A stretch of 36,902 nt of DNA, taken from IMG/VR virus record IMGVR_UViG_3300037608_000183, positions 1-36,902 of that record. One strand, given 5' to 3'. Positions 8,508-18,363 of this stretch are shown here, in pieces (the stretch's first letter is position 1; every line of letters begins with the position of its first letter). Under the pieces are notes generated by a model that had not been told where the DNA came from, did no database searches, and was given only the letters and a program-made list of their open reading frames with translations. This DNA is from a virus. Taxonomy: Duplodnaviria; Caudoviricetes. The position numbers and the translations under genes are program-made.

Positions 8508-9575
8508 ATGGGAGCTATTACGGTTGAGTTTTTGCAACGCGTCGAAGACAACATGCGCCTGTTGTCCGAGAAGGCGGCGGCAGGCTTGCTCGATGAGATG
8601 TGGTGGCACCACATCGCGCGCGTAGTGCCGAGTTCGTCCGCTCGCGAGAACATGGTGTGGTTCATCGACACGGCGCTCATTGAAGACGCTGGGCTCGGCG
8701 GCAACGTCACGTTCCGCGACATGGTCATGCAGACCACGCAGGCCGAGAATCGCGTGAGCAATGCCGGGCTCAAGATCCGGCGCTCGCAATTCTTGGATCT
8801 CGACGGCAACGGCGTGCAGATGGCTGCGCACTGGGCGAGCGAGATCGGCGCGGAGTCGCAGTATTGGCCGCAGGCATCGATTACGAGCTTGCTTCTGGCC
8901 GGCGGCGCTACCACGGCGTACGACGGCTCGTACTACTTCGCGCGCGGCCACAAGGTCAATCCTGGCAATGCCGCGTACGGCACTTACTCGAACGACCTGA
9001 CTGGGTCCGCCGCGACCGAGAACGGCGTCGCGCTGGCCTACCCGGGCGCATGCCCGATTGACGAGTCTGTGTCGCCCGAAGTCGCCCTGCAGAACCTGAC
9101 GAAGGTCTACAAGTACATGGCTTCGATCAAGTCGAGCAACGGCAAGCGCCCGCGCAATCTGCGCCCCGGCAGGCTCATGGTGCCGCCAGCGCTGATGCCG
9201 CGCGCCACCCAGCTGTGCAATGCCAAGTTCATCGCGCAGACCGCGGGCTCCGGCGCGGGCTCCGGCGATGTCGAGGCCGTTGTGCAGATGCTCGGCATGG
9301 GCCAGCCCGTCTCGTGTCCCGAGCTGGGCCTGGCTCTCGGCGGCAGCGACACCACCTACTACGTTGCAGCGAAGCAGGCCGAGACGAGCATGCTTGGCGC
9401 GCTGACCTACGTGGAGCGTGAGCCGTTCGCTGTCCGCTACTACACGGGCGACGGCGGCGGCAACGGCGTCGATGCTGACCTCGACCGTCGCGACGAATAC
9501 GAGTGGCATGTGCAGGGGCGCAATGTTGCCACTCCCGGGCACCCGTATCTGCTCTTCCGCTGCCAGAAGATTTGA
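8508..9575 (+). CDS. Mu-like major capsid protein (gpT-like)
   Basis: YDGSYYFARGHKV, LRPGRLMVPPAL, EYEWHVQGRNVATPG; 355 aa; GAGGAG RBS. Confidence 0.85.
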   Translation: MGAITVEFLQRVEDNMRLLSEKAAAGLLDEMWWHHIARVVPSSSARENMVWFIDTALIEDAGLGGNVTFRDMVMQTTQAENRVSNAGLKIRRSQFLDLDGNGVQMAAHWASEIGAESQYWPQASITSLLLAGGATTAYDGSYYFARGHKVNPGNAAYGTYSNDLTGSAATENGVALAYPGACPIDESVSPEVALQNLTKVYKYMASIKSSNGKRPRNLRPGRLMVPPALMPRATQLCNAKFIAQTAGSGAGSGDVEAVVQMLGMGQPVSCPELGLALGGSDTTYYVAAKQAETSMLGALTYVEREPFAVRYYTGDGGGNGVDADLDRRDEYEWHVQGRNVATPGHPYLLFRCQKI

Positions 9576-9590
9576 AGTCCCCATCAGGTC

Positions 9591-9633
9591 CCCTGACCAG
9601 CCCCGCACCCCGAAAGGGGCCGGGGCATCAGGG
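9591..9633 (+). terminator. GC-rich hairpin with GAAA tetraloop after the capsid gene (terminator, attenuator or mRNA stabiliser)
   Basis: CCCTGA/TCAGGG, GCCCCG/CGGGGC and CCCC-GAAA-GGGG nested stems; no U-tract. Confidence 0.6.
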
Positions 9634-9643
9634 TTAGAGACCT

Positions 9644-10114
9644 ATGGCGGCATACCTCACAGTGGACGAGTTCAAGCTGCGGTCAATAATGCCGCAGCAG
9701 CAGGTCAATTCGCTAGAGATTGACGAGCCAGGATTCCTGTCTGCCGCCATTGCGCAGGTGTCGGATTGGATCGATGCGCGGCTGCGCAAGCAGTACGCGG
9801 TGCCGTTCGAGCGCCCGGTGCCTCCGGTGGTGCTGGGCTGGGTGACTGCGATGGTCACCCTGCAGGCGTACGGCAAATGCGGCTGGAATCCAGGCTCGAA
9901 GTCCGATGAGGAGAGCATCATCGGAGCCGCGAAGGACGCGCGCGAGGAAGTGAAGGAGGCCGCCGATTCCAAGGACGGCCTGTTCGATCTGCCGCTCCGC
10001 GCGGGCGGCGATTCCGCGGTGACCAAGGGCGGGCCGCTCGGATACTCCGAGACCTCGCCGTACGTCTGGGCCACGCACCAATCGCGCACTGGACGCGAGG
10101 AGGATTCGCGATGA
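9644..10114 (+). CDS. Head-tail adaptor (Mu gp36/DUF1320-like)
   Basis: AYLTVDEF..AAIAQVSDWIDARLRKQYAVPF..VPPVV pattern; position after capsid. Confidence 0.75.
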   Translation: MAAYLTVDEFKLRSIMPQQQVNSLEIDEPGFLSAAIAQVSDWIDARLRKQYAVPFERPVPPVVLGWVTAMVTLQAYGKCGWNPGSKSDEESIIGAAKDAREEVKEAADSKDGLFDLPLRAGGDSAVTKGGPLGYSETSPYVWATHQSRTGREEDSR

Positions 10115-10548
10115 GCCAGGACAACTCCGCTGCGCTGCAGACAATCGACCAGTGGGTGGCGCAGCTCCGAGGGCTGCAGCCGCACCTGGACAGCGAGGGG
10201 CCGAAGGCCATCGCGGAAGTTGTGCAGCAGCATCTTGAGGCCGCGGCGGCGGCGGGAGAGATGCTCGGCGGAACCAAGTGGCCGGCGCGCGTGAAGGACG
10301 GGCAGCGCGCACTGCCGAATGCGGCCAAATATCTGAGCGTGCGCGTGCACGGAACGACCGTGATTGCCGAGCTGACCGGCCCCATGGCCATATCGCAGTT
10401 CGGCACCGGGCGGCAGGTGGCGAGGCCGCTGTGGCCCATGGGCGGACTTCCGTTCAAGCTCGGCGACGCCATCCGGCTCGGCATCGTGCGCATGAGCGAG
10501 GAGTTCATGAATCGCCGCGGCGGGCACGGCAAGCGAGGTCGCAGATGA
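10111..10548 (+). CDS. Virion morphogenesis/neck protein
   Basis: GTKWPAR..QFGTGRQVARPLWP resembles Mu gpG-like morphogenesis proteins; ATGA coupling. Confidence 0.55.
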   Translation: MSQDNSAALQTIDQWVAQLRGLQPHLDSEGPKAIAEVVQQHLEAAAAAGEMLGGTKWPARVKDGQRALPNAAKYLSVRVHGTTVIAELTGPMAISQFGTGRQVARPLWPMGGLPFKLGDAIRLGIVRMSEEFMNRRGGHGKRGRR

Positions 10549-11105
10549 CTGCTGCGGTGAGCGCGCTCGGATACTTGCATGGGCAGCTGCAGCAGGCGCT
10601 CGCGGCAGACGGGACCGCTGTGCATTTCGGCCGGCGCGAAGCCGCGCGCCAAATCGGGCAGGGCCAGCCGACGTGCAACCGCGTCGTCATCGACCCATCG
10701 TCCGGCCAGTCCGCAGGCAAGTTCGCTCCAGCCAAGTACCCTGGCCGCAATCCGAGGCCGGTTGGCGGCTTCGTGGCCACCGCCACGGTGTACGTGTGGG
10801 CGCTCGATGCCGCGGACCCGAACAACGAGCTGCTGCAATACGAGGCCGTGACTGCGCTGCAAGCTCGCGTGTACGCCGCGATTCATCGGGCTCTCAGCAG
10901 CAAGGTTCGCCAATCGCGTGCTCTGCATGGATGGTTCGAGATGTCGGACCCGCAGTGGGTTGGAGACAAGGTGGAGCGCGTGCGCGGAGCCGAGTGGTCA
11001 TTCACGCTCGCTGTGCATGAGGACATTTGCGACCTGCCGTGGGGCGAGGCTGTGAACGTCACGGGAGTCGCGGAGACGATTCTGACCGGCGCCGACGGCG
11101 CATAG
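10545..11105 (+). CDS. Putative tail terminator/completion protein
   Basis: ATG at 10545 overlaps the upstream stop; 186 aa immediately before the sheath. Confidence 0.5.
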   Translation: MTAAVSALGYLHGQLQQALAADGTAVHFGRREAARQIGQGQPTCNRVVIDPSSGQSAGKFAPAKYPGRNPRPVGGFVATATVYVWALDAADPNNELLQYEAVTALQARVYAAIHRALSSKVRQSRALHGWFEMSDPQWVGDKVERVRGAEWSFTLAVHEDICDLPWGEAVNVTGVAETILTGADGA

Positions 11106-11114
11106 GAGAGCATT

Positions 11115-12614
11115 ATGTCACTTTCAGGCGTCGTAATAACGGAATTGACGAACAGCATGGGGGTAATCTCCACGAGCGTGGGGGACACTGCCGCCGTGAT
11201 TGCGCCGGCCACCGCAGGGCCGCTGAACCTGGCTGGCGCGTTCGCGCGCGGAGCCGCAGTGGCGACGAATTTCTCGTCGGGGCCGCTCGTGGAGCTGGCC
11301 AGCTATATCATCGGCAAGCCGGCGGTGTGCGTCCGGTCGGACGTCACGACAGCGGGAGACTACTGGCCGATTGACGTCTCCGGCATGGCTCCCGGGTCCA
11401 CATGCGTGCCGAGCGCGGACGCGACCACGGAGCCCATCGACGAGTACGAGCTGCATCTCGAAATCGCGCGCGGCGGCACTGTCGGCACTCCGGGCATCCT
11501 TTACAAGCTGTCGTTCGACAACGGGCGCTCGCAGTCTGCAGCCACGGCGCTCGGCACGGCCACCGCAGTGGACCGGCCGGCGTACGGGTGTAAAATCAAT
11601 CTGGCGCCAGGCACGCTGACCACGGGCGACGTCATCCGGCTGCGCACCAAGGCGCCGCGCGAAGCGGTGGCAGACCTGCAGGCGGCAGAGGCGGCGCTGC
11701 GCACCACTTCGCTCAAGTGGGACTTCGTGGTGCTGGCCACTCCGGTGGATGCGGCGCTGTTCGCTGAGCTGGACTCGTGGCTGCACCAGCTGCACCAGAC
11801 GGACGAAAAATTCCGCGCCGCTCTGGTGTCGTTCCGCGGCCCCAATCCCGGCGAGACCGAAGCCCAATACCTGACGGCAGCTGCAGCGTTCCGCGCGGCG
11901 AACCACAGCCCGTATATCGCGGTCGGGTATCACTACTGCCAGACGCAGAGCAAGGTATCACCCGGGCACCAGCTGCGGCGCCCAACGATCTGGCCCGTCG
12001 CCCGGCGCGCCGCGGCCATCCGTCGCCCGTCGCGCACCGATCTCGGGCAAGTGGCCGGCATGGACGGTGGGCCGCTGCCCGCGGACGTCAAGCTGTACGA
12101 CGCGTCCGGCAACCCGATGGTGGACTCTGCCGGCGGCTCGATGTGCCACGATGAGGCGCTGTCGCCTGGGGGTTCGGACATGCGGTTCGTGACGCTCCGC
12201 ACGAGGCAGGGTTATTCGGGCGTATTCGTTGAGAAGCCGTGGGTGTTCTCGCAGGACGGCTCGGACATCTTCCTGTGGCAGCATCGCTCGCTCGTCAACA
12301 AGGTCAAGGCGGCGGTGCAGACCGCGCTTACCGCCAGGCTGCGCAGCCCGGTGCTGGTGAACCCGGCGACAGGGTTCATCCTGGAATCAGAGGCGCTCGA
12401 CATCGAAAACTCGGTCGACGCAGCAGTGCGCGCAGTGGTCGGCCCGGGGCCGGACGTCTCGGCTCACAAGTTCACCCTGCATCGCGACGACCCGCTGCTG
12501 CAGTCGGACTCGCCGGTGCTGAACGGCGACGAGCGCATTGTGCCGCTCGCGTATCCGCAGGGTTTCGCGATCTCCATCGGATTCGTCAATCCGGCCGTAG
12601 GAAAGGTGGCGTGA
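11115..12614 (+). CDS. Contractile tail sheath protein (DUF2586-like)
   Basis: 499 aa; C-terminal FVTLRTRQGYSGVFV..GSDI..HRSLVNK sheath-like segment; followed by a tube-sized gene. Confidence 0.8.
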   Translation: MSLSGVVITELTNSMGVISTSVGDTAAVIAPATAGPLNLAGAFARGAAVATNFSSGPLVELASYIIGKPAVCVRSDVTTAGDYWPIDVSGMAPGSTCVPSADATTEPIDEYELHLEIARGGTVGTPGILYKLSFDNGRSQSAATALGTATAVDRPAYGCKINLAPGTLTTGDVIRLRTKAPREAVADLQAAEAALRTTSLKWDFVVLATPVDAALFAELDSWLHQLHQTDEKFRAALVSFRGPNPGETEAQYLTAAAAFRAANHSPYIAVGYHYCQTQSKVSPGHQLRRPTIWPVARRAAAIRRPSRTDLGQVAGMDGGPLPADVKLYDASGNPMVDSAGGSMCHDEALSPGGSDMRFVTLRTRQGYSGVFVEKPWVFSQDGSDIFLWQHRSLVNKVKAAVQTALTARLRSPVLVNPATGFILESEALDIENSVDAAVRAVVGPGPDVSAHKFTLHRDDPLLQSDSPVLNGDERIVPLAYPQGFAISIGFVNPAVGKVA

Positions 12615-12615
12615 T

Positions 12616-13101
12616 ATGGGCGGCAAGATTACTGACCTTGAGGTCAATGGAATAGCGCACAGCTGGGAGAGCAGCAAGCTCACCTTCGACGGAGACGAGT
12701 TCAATCAGTTCTCCTCGATCGACTTCGACGACAAGCTGGAGAGCGCGTTCGCATACGGCTCCGGCAAGTCGCACGGACCGATCGCCCGCTCAGGCGGCAA
12801 GTACACGCCAGGCGTCGTCAAGCTCACTGCGCTCAAGGGCGCGATGCAGCAGTTCCGCGAGTGGGTGGCGGCAAAATCCCCGAACGGCAAGTCCTACGGC
12901 AAGGTCATCTTCCAGGGCGTGTTCCAGTATCTGGGCGACGACGACGTGCCGATCAAGATCGAGTTTCGCAATCTCAAGTGGGTGTCGAACACGAGCGGCG
13001 ACAAAGAGGGCGCGGACCCGCTGACTGACTCGTGTGAGCTGCAGCCCATGAGAATCCTGCGCAACGGAATTGCTCTGTATGACAACACGGACGAGGTCTG
13101 A
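12616..13101 (+). CDS. Tail tube protein
   Basis: 161 aa after sheath; VNGIAHSWES..SIDFDDK..YG..PIARSGGKY tube-like pattern. Confidence 0.75.
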   Translation: MGGKITDLEVNGIAHSWESSKLTFDGDEFNQFSSIDFDDKLESAFAYGSGKSHGPIARSGGKYTPGVVKLTALKGAMQQFREWVAAKSPNGKSYGKVIFQGVFQYLGDDDVPIKIEFRNLKWVSNTSGDKEGADPLTDSCELQPMRILRNGIALYDNTDEV

Positions 13102-13103
13102 CA

Positions 13104-13508
13104 ATGGCTAACAAGACTGCTACATTCACGCTGAACCTGTCGTACGTCGGACCTGGCGGCACTGTGCGCACCGAGCCGCCGGTGTCGGTGCTGACGCCGT
13201 TCATGTCCGAGAACTCCGGCGAGATCGACATCCCGGCCGGAGCGACCATCGGCAGCTCGCATGCAATCCCGTTCGGCACCATCGAGCGCGCGACCGGCGC
13301 TGTGGTCCGCAACGGCCTGACCCAGAGCGTGGTGCTCAAGTCGGCGGGAGCCACGGTGGCCATCCTGCAGCCCACTGCGTTCTTCGCCATGGCCGGGGCC
13401 ACTGCGGCTGGGGCCACGGCTCCGCTCGCCGCGCTGACCGTGGAGCCGACGACCACGCAGAGCGCAGTGGGCACGGTCGGATATTGGGTATTCGGTGACC
13501 CTGAGTGA
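13104..13508 (+). CDS. Hypothetical beta-rich virion protein
   Basis: 134-aa ORF with RBS between tube and chaperone; Thr/Ala/Val-rich. Confidence 0.6.
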   Translation: MANKTATFTLNLSYVGPGGTVRTEPPVSVLTPFMSENSGEIDIPAGATIGSSHAIPFGTIERATGAVVRNGLTQSVVLKSAGATVAILQPTAFFAMAGATAAGATAPLAALTVEPTTTQSAVGTVGYWVFGDPE

Positions 13509-13522
13509 GAGGAGTTGGAGTC

Positions 13523-13978
13523 ATGGGCCTAGATGACAAGACCGAAGAGCAAGAGCTGGAGCTGGAGCTGCAGAGGCTCCGAGAGCGCAACGAGCCTCTG
13601 CGAGCGGCGCAGAGGCGCCAGGAGCTGATGCGCCTGATTGAGCTGGAAAAGCTCGCCGCGCAGCGAGCCGAGATTGAAAAGAAGGTGCGCGAGCAGCTCG
13701 GCGAGCAGGCGGTGGAAAACCGCGACTTCGCGTTCGTCGTTGCCAACGGGCACATCGTCGCGGTGCAGCGTCCGCACGATCTGCACTACCGCAAATTCCG
13801 CAACTCCAACCAGACGGACGCGGCTGCCTGCATGAACTTCATCCGCCCGTCGGTGCTGCACCCCGACAAGGAGGGATTCGCAGCGCTGTGCTCCGAAGTG
13901 CCGGCGATGAGCGATCTTGCTGCCGGGGCCGGGCTCCGGCTGTGCGGCGTGCATGCGGAGGAGTTGGGAAAAAAATAA
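13523..13978 (+). CDS. Tail assembly chaperone (G-like)
   Basis: Upstream of tape measure, ends in the slippery sequence G GGA AAA AAA TAA; ATG 13523 after GGAG. Confidence 0.75.
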   Translation: MGLDDKTEEQELELELQRLRERNEPLRAAQRRQELMRLIELEKLAAQRAEIEKKVREQLGEQAVENRDFAFVVANGHIVAVQRPHDLHYRKFRNSNQTDAAACMNFIRPSVLHPDKEGFAALCSEVPAMSDLAAGAGLRLCGVHAEELGKK

Positions 13979-14172
13979 AAGCGGTCCTGGCGGAAGCGAA
14001 GCGAGACCACGGAGTGATGGCAGCCTGTCTGATTTCGCTTCTGCAGTTGGACCCGGAGAGCGAGGACGAGGACGACAGGATTCGGGCGACGGTGGCAGGG
14101 CTCAGGTTGAGCGAGGCGATCCACGAGCTATATCTGATTCGCAAGATCTTGGAGAGGCAAAATGGCAGGTGA
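13966..14172 (+). CDS. -1 frameshift extension of tail assembly chaperone (GT-like)
   Basis: -1 frame open from GGGAAAAAAA (13966-13975) to the stop at 14172, overlapping the tape measure start. Confidence 0.75.
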   Translation, partial: GKKIKAVLAEAKRDHGVMAACLISLLQLDPESEDEDDRIRATVAGLRLSEAIHELYLIRKILERQNGR

Positions 14173-15955
14173 AGTAGCACGGCTAGCGATCGGACTCGAT
14201 TCCTCCGGGGTGTCGAGCGGCGCGTCCGGCGCAGCCTCGTCCCTGCAGGCCATGAAAGCCTCGTTCCAGTCCGCTCAGGAAGAGGTGCGGGCTCTGCAGC
14301 AAGCCATGCAGGCCATGCAAAAGGGCGGAGCGGCCATCGACATCAAGGCATTCAAGGGAATGCAGGACCAGCTGACTGCCGCCAAAGCCGCGGCGTCCAA
14401 CGCGGCGCAAGGATTTGTCAAGGCAGGCGGCAGCATCAAGGATTTGGCTGCCAAGCCGGCAGCAGCTGCCGACGGCATGAAGGCGCTGATGGACGCGTCC
14501 AAGGGCGCGCTCGGACCGATGGGCGGCCTGTTCGAGAAAATCAATCTGCTCAAAGGCGCATTCACGGGCGGGGGAGGGTTATATGCGGCGGCAGCCCTGG
14601 CCGCCGTGGCTGTGGCGGCGCTGAGCGCTGCCGTGGTGGTGGCGATCTTCAAGATGGCGCAGTTCGCACTGGTGGCGAGCGACGCCGCAATGAAGCAGCG
14701 CAATCTGCTGGAGGGCACCACTGGCAACGCGAAGGCGGCGGCGGAGCTTGCGGCGACAATCGGGCGCGTGACGTCCGCCGTGCCGCTGGCCACCACTGAG
14801 GTGCAGAAGCTGGCGCAGAAGCTGTACGATTCGGGCAAGCGCGGCTCGGAGCTGGAGCGGGAGCTGATGCGCGCATCGACGGCAGCCGCAGGACTGGGCA
14901 AGAACCCGTCCGCCGCTCTGCTCGCGCGCTCGCTGCTGTCGCTGGACGTGCAGACGATGAAGTTCAAGGAGAACCTGTCCAAGATCTTCGCCGGGGTCAA
15001 AATCGAAGGATTCCTGAAAGGGCTGCAGCAGGTGCTGCAGCTGATGGACGAGAACTCGGCTTCTGGCAAGGCGCTCAAGGCTATAGTCGAAGTGATACTG
15101 AACCCGCTGTTCGACGCCGCGTCGGCCATCGGACCGGTGGTCAAGCGAGTGTTCCAGGGCATGGTCATCGGCGCTCTGCTCGCGGCCATCGCTGTGCTGA
15201 AGCTCAGGAACGTGCTCCGAGACATGATTCCGCAAGAGGTGCGGGACGCCATGGGCAAGTTCGAGACCGGCGCCGTCGGGATGTGGGTCGCAGTTGGAGT
15301 CGGGGTGGCGATTGTCGGCATTCTTGCTGTCGTGCTGGCCGGACTGTCGATCGTGCTGGTGGTGATTGCAGTGGCGATGACGATGGCGCTCGCGCCGCTG
15401 GCTCTGCTGATCGCAGCGTTTTTCATCTTGGTGGCTGTGCTGCTGGCGCCGGTCATCATCATCGCTCTGCTGATCGCATACTTCGACGATTTGAAAGCGG
15501 CGCTCAGTACGCTGGCTGCGGCCGGCATCGAGGCCGCCACTGGTCTGATGTCAGGCTTGGTCAACGGCATCCTGTCCGGCAAGGACCGAGTGATGGAGGC
15601 GCTCCGGCAGGTGGCAGCTGGAGCCAAGGCTGCGCTGATGGGAGCGCTCGGCATCGCCTCGCCATCGAAGGTGTTCGCCGAGCTTGGAGTGCATACCACC
15701 GCAGGGTTTGCGCAGGGCGTGGACTCCGGCGCGCCTGCGGTGCAGGACTCGGTAAATGCCATGGTGTCTGTGCCGGCGGCCGCCAGCTCCGGTTCCGCGG
15801 GCGGCGGAGCAAGGACCATCACCATCGGGCAGGTGTCGATCTCTGGCGTCAAGGATGCTCAAGAGCTGGACACCGCGTCGTTCGCGCAGCGGATGGCGCA
15901 GGCGATTGAGGCAGCGATGGATGGGGCGGGTGTCCCAGAGCCGGAGCCCGCGTGA
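14162..15955 (+). CDS. Tape measure protein
   Basis: Ala/Gly-rich helical 597 aa with long hydrophobic stretch and LGIASPSKVF..G motif; follows the chaperone. Confidence 0.85.
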   Translation: MAGEVARLAIGLDSSGVSSGASGAASSLQAMKASFQSAQEEVRALQQAMQAMQKGGAAIDIKAFKGMQDQLTAAKAAASNAAQGFVKAGGSIKDLAAKPAAAADGMKALMDASKGALGPMGGLFEKINLLKGAFTGGGGLYAAAALAAVAVAALSAAVVVAIFKMAQFALVASDAAMKQRNLLEGTTGNAKAAAELAATIGRVTSAVPLATTEVQKLAQKLYDSGKRGSELERELMRASTAAAGLGKNPSAALLARSLLSLDVQTMKFKENLSKIFAGVKIEGFLKGLQQVLQLMDENSASGKALKAIVEVILNPLFDAASAIGPVVKRVFQGMVIGALLAAIAVLKLRNVLRDMIPQEVRDAMGKFETGAVGMWVAVGVGVAIVGILAVVLAGLSIVLVVIAVAMTMALAPLALLIAAFFILVAVLLAPVIIIALLIAYFDDLKAALSTLAAAGIEAATGLMSGLVNGILSGKDRVMEALRQVAAGAKAALMGALGIASPSKVFAELGVHTTAGFAQGVDSGAPAVQDSVNAMVSVPAAASSGSAGGGARTITIGQVSISGVKDAQELDTASFAQRMAQAIEAAMDGAGVPEPEPA

Positions 15956-16566
15956 TGCCAATATTTCAAGACAACTTGGGCACGACTTCCCCGGGCGGAG
16001 AGATTGTGCCGGCCGATGGTGAGAGCCGGCTGTCGCCCATCAATCCGATCGATGACCCATCGGCATTCGATTATATCCTACTTGGAGGCGATTGGAGCCC
16101 TGGGCTGGTGATGGGCATCGCAGGCGCAAGCAATCCGCGCAAATGGGACGAGCGCGCAGCGGCAGGCCAGAGCGGCGCCACGATTGTGTACGGAGGCGAC
16201 GGGCTCGCAAAGTTCACAGCGAAACTCTTGTTGTGGCTGCCGGAGCACTTCGCCTATTGGGACGTGTGGAAGGCTCGGCTGGCTCCACCCACGGTCAAGA
16301 ATCCGCAGGCGCTCGACATCTATCACCCGGTCTTGGACATGCTGCCGGTGCCGGTGCGCTCGGTCGTGGTCACGGACGTCAAGGCGTTTGAGCAGTCCGG
16401 AGACGGCTTCTGGACCGTGGAGATTGCATTCATGCAGTACCGCGCGCCCAAGCCTGCCGGGGCCAAGCCCAAGAGCAGCCAGTCGCACGGCACCGCAGCC
16501 CCGAAGGACCCGGTCGACGACATGATCAACGGCCTGACCAACCAAATGAATGACCTGTTGAAATGA
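15952..16566 (+). CDS. Putative tube initiator/baseplate hub-proximal protein
   Basis: First gene after tape measure; 'WDER.AAGQSGATIVYGG..LAKF' pattern. Confidence 0.5.
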   Translation: MMPIFQDNLGTTSPGGEIVPADGESRLSPINPIDDPSAFDYILLGGDWSPGLVMGIAGASNPRKWDERAAAGQSGATIVYGGDGLAKFTAKLLLWLPEHFAYWDVWKARLAPPTVKNPQALDIYHPVLDMLPVPVRSVVVTDVKAFEQSGDGFWTVEIAFMQYRAPKPAGAKPKSSQSHGTAAPKDPVDDMINGLTNQMNDLLK

Positions 16567-17249
16567 CTATTCGCGCCACAGTCAACGGACGCCTTGCATG
16601 CGAGCTGCATTTGTATGCTGGCCCGTACGGCGTGTGGACTGTGGATGCGGACCTCGACACTGCGCTGGAGCCTGCGGAGCTTGTCGGGCCGGCAGAGGTC
16701 CGGGTCGGCAACCTGGTTTTGGTGGGGTCTTTCTCGGCCAGGACGGGGTCCTTCTTGCTCCAGTCGCGCTGTCGCGTGCTGGGAGGCCAGGGCCGGCTCG
16801 GGACAGTCCTGAAGCCCAAGGCGTACCACAGCGACGCCAGGGTCAAGGTCTCGACAGTGGCGAATGACGCGATAATGGAGGCCGGCGAGACTCCCGGCCA
16901 ATCTAGCCTGACCACAGAGCGGCTTGGGGTGGATTTCGTCAGGCGCGCCCAGCCGGCGAGCCAGACGCTCGCGCAGGCGCTCGGTCGCACGCCGTGGTGG
17001 GTAAACTACGCCGGTGCGGTGTGCATCGGAGAGCGCCCGGCGACGGAGGTTGCCGGACAGTACGAAGTGCTCGACTACGACCCGAGGCAACGCCTCGCCG
17101 AAGTCGCCACGGACGAGCCCGAGGCTGTGGCGGTGGGCTCCGTGCTCCGGAGCCGGCTCGCGGCTCCGCTCCGCATCGACGAGATTCGGCTGGCGGTCAA
17201 TGGCGACATGATGCGCATGTACGCGTGGGGCAGGGAGGTGTCGTCGTGA
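16563..17249 (+). CDS. Putative baseplate hub protein
   Basis: Position between initiator and spike; ATGA coupling. Confidence 0.5.
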   Translation: MTIRATVNGRLACELHLYAGPYGVWTVDADLDTALEPAELVGPAEVRVGNLVLVGSFSARTGSFLLQSRCRVLGGQGRLGTVLKPKAYHSDARVKVSTVANDAIMEAGETPGQSSLTTERLGVDFVRRAQPASQTLAQALGRTPWWVNYAGAVCIGERPATEVAGQYEVLDYDPRQRLAEVATDEPEAVAVGSVLRSRLAAPLRIDEIRLAVNGDMMRMYAWGREVSS

Positions 17250-17725
17250 GCCGGCTGATGGAAGATTTGCGAGCCGTGGTGTTGGCGTGCATCCCGACCA
17301 GCCCGTACTGGGTGCCGCGCAAGTATCGCGTGGTGACGCATCGGCAGGATGGGCGCGTGGAGCTGCAGCAAGTGGTCAAGGCGCTCGGACTGCCGGACAT
17401 CTTGCCGATCTCGATTCACCCCGGCATGGCCGGCCTGAAGTCGCGCCTCACTCCGGGCTCGATGGTGATCGTGCAGTTCGTCGATGGCGACCCGTCGCAG
17501 CCCATCATCACGCACTTCGCAGCCGAGGGTGACCAGGGATTTTTGCCGCTGCAGCTCGCGCTGGATGCGGAGCTGTTGGTGGAGCTGGCCAAGAGCGCCG
17601 CAATCACGCGCATCGCTGACGGCGTGCCTGTCGTGCAAGGCGTCGCCCGGTTTGGCGATTCGGTGCAGGCCGGGATTTGGGGCGGGTTCATCACCTCTGG
17701 TAGCACGAAAGTGAGCTGCGGCTGA
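17246..17725 (+). CDS. Baseplate central spike (gpV/gp45-like)
   Basis: OB-fold-like PGSMVIVQFVDGDPSQPII and tip-like VARFGD..GFITSGSTKVSCG; GTG 17246 overlaps the upstream stop. Confidence 0.7.
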   Translation: MSRLMEDLRAVVLACIPTSPYWVPRKYRVVTHRQDGRVELQQVVKALGLPDILPISIHPGMAGLKSRLTPGSMVIVQFVDGDPSQPIITHFAAEGDQGFLPLQLALDAELLVELAKSAAITRIADGVPVVQGVARFGDSVQAGIWGGFITSGSTKVSCG

Positions 17726-18363
17726 TGGGCATTCTCGAACTCACAGCTGCTCTCAAGGCCGCATACCTTTCGGCCGGCGCAATCGCGGGAGCGACGCTGG
17801 ACGCGTTTTGTGCGGCGCAGTCCGGCGCGATCGCGCTGAACCAGGCGCTGTGGTACTCGCCCGCGGACCGCGGGGTCACCAGCGCGACAGATTCGGGCAA
17901 CGGCGATTATGCTTTCGGCATCCGCATCTACCCGCTGACTGCGAACAATGGCGGAACGACGCACGGGGCGTACCCCAAGATCGCTGGCGTCAGGGCCTAT
18001 GCAAGGTTTGCCTCATATCCGCGCACCATCAAGTGCTCGGTGTGGAACGCGATCAACACCAGAATAGCTACGGCCAACGCAGTGGTCAGCGCTCAGGGCA
18101 TCTACAATGTGCTTTTTTCCGCACCAGTCGAAATGGTTACGGGCAAGCACGATGTGGTGGTCTGGGACACGTCCGGATCGGGTAAGCAGTATTTCGGCCT
18201 GCGGTCTGACTCACCAACGTTGCACCCTGCGGTTCCGTTTCTCATGGGCCCGCAGTGCATCATGCAGGGATTCGGGTATGGGCCCGGCGACTTCCCGATA
18301 ACCCAGGTGGCGCTGCTGGGCACGATGACCGGATTCACCGTGGAGCCGATATTCGGGGCATGA
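17725..18363 (+). CDS. Hypothetical beta-sandwich protein, DUF4082-like
   Basis: GIRIYP..IAGVRAY..SVWNA..RIATA..GIYNVLFSAPVEM..G pattern; visibly more AT-rich than its neighbours. Confidence 0.5.
   Translation: MGILELTAALKAAYLSAGAIAGATLDAFCAAQSGAIALNQALWYSPADRGVTSATDSGNGDYAFGIRIYPLTANNGGTTHGAYPKIAGVRAYARFASYPRTIKCSVWNAINTRIATANAVVSAQGIYNVLFSAPVEMVTGKHDVVVWDTSGSGKQYFGLRSDSPTLHPAVPFLMGPQCIMQGFGYGPGDFPITQVALLGTMTGFTVEPIFGA

Noticed and set aside
6933-9608. 891-aa minus-strand ORF (and similar long antisense ORFs, e.g. 14275-15852, 18452-20035, 25341-27125)
   Set aside because: Shadow ORFs opposite well-supported plus-strand genes; expected in high-GC DNA and lacking motifs
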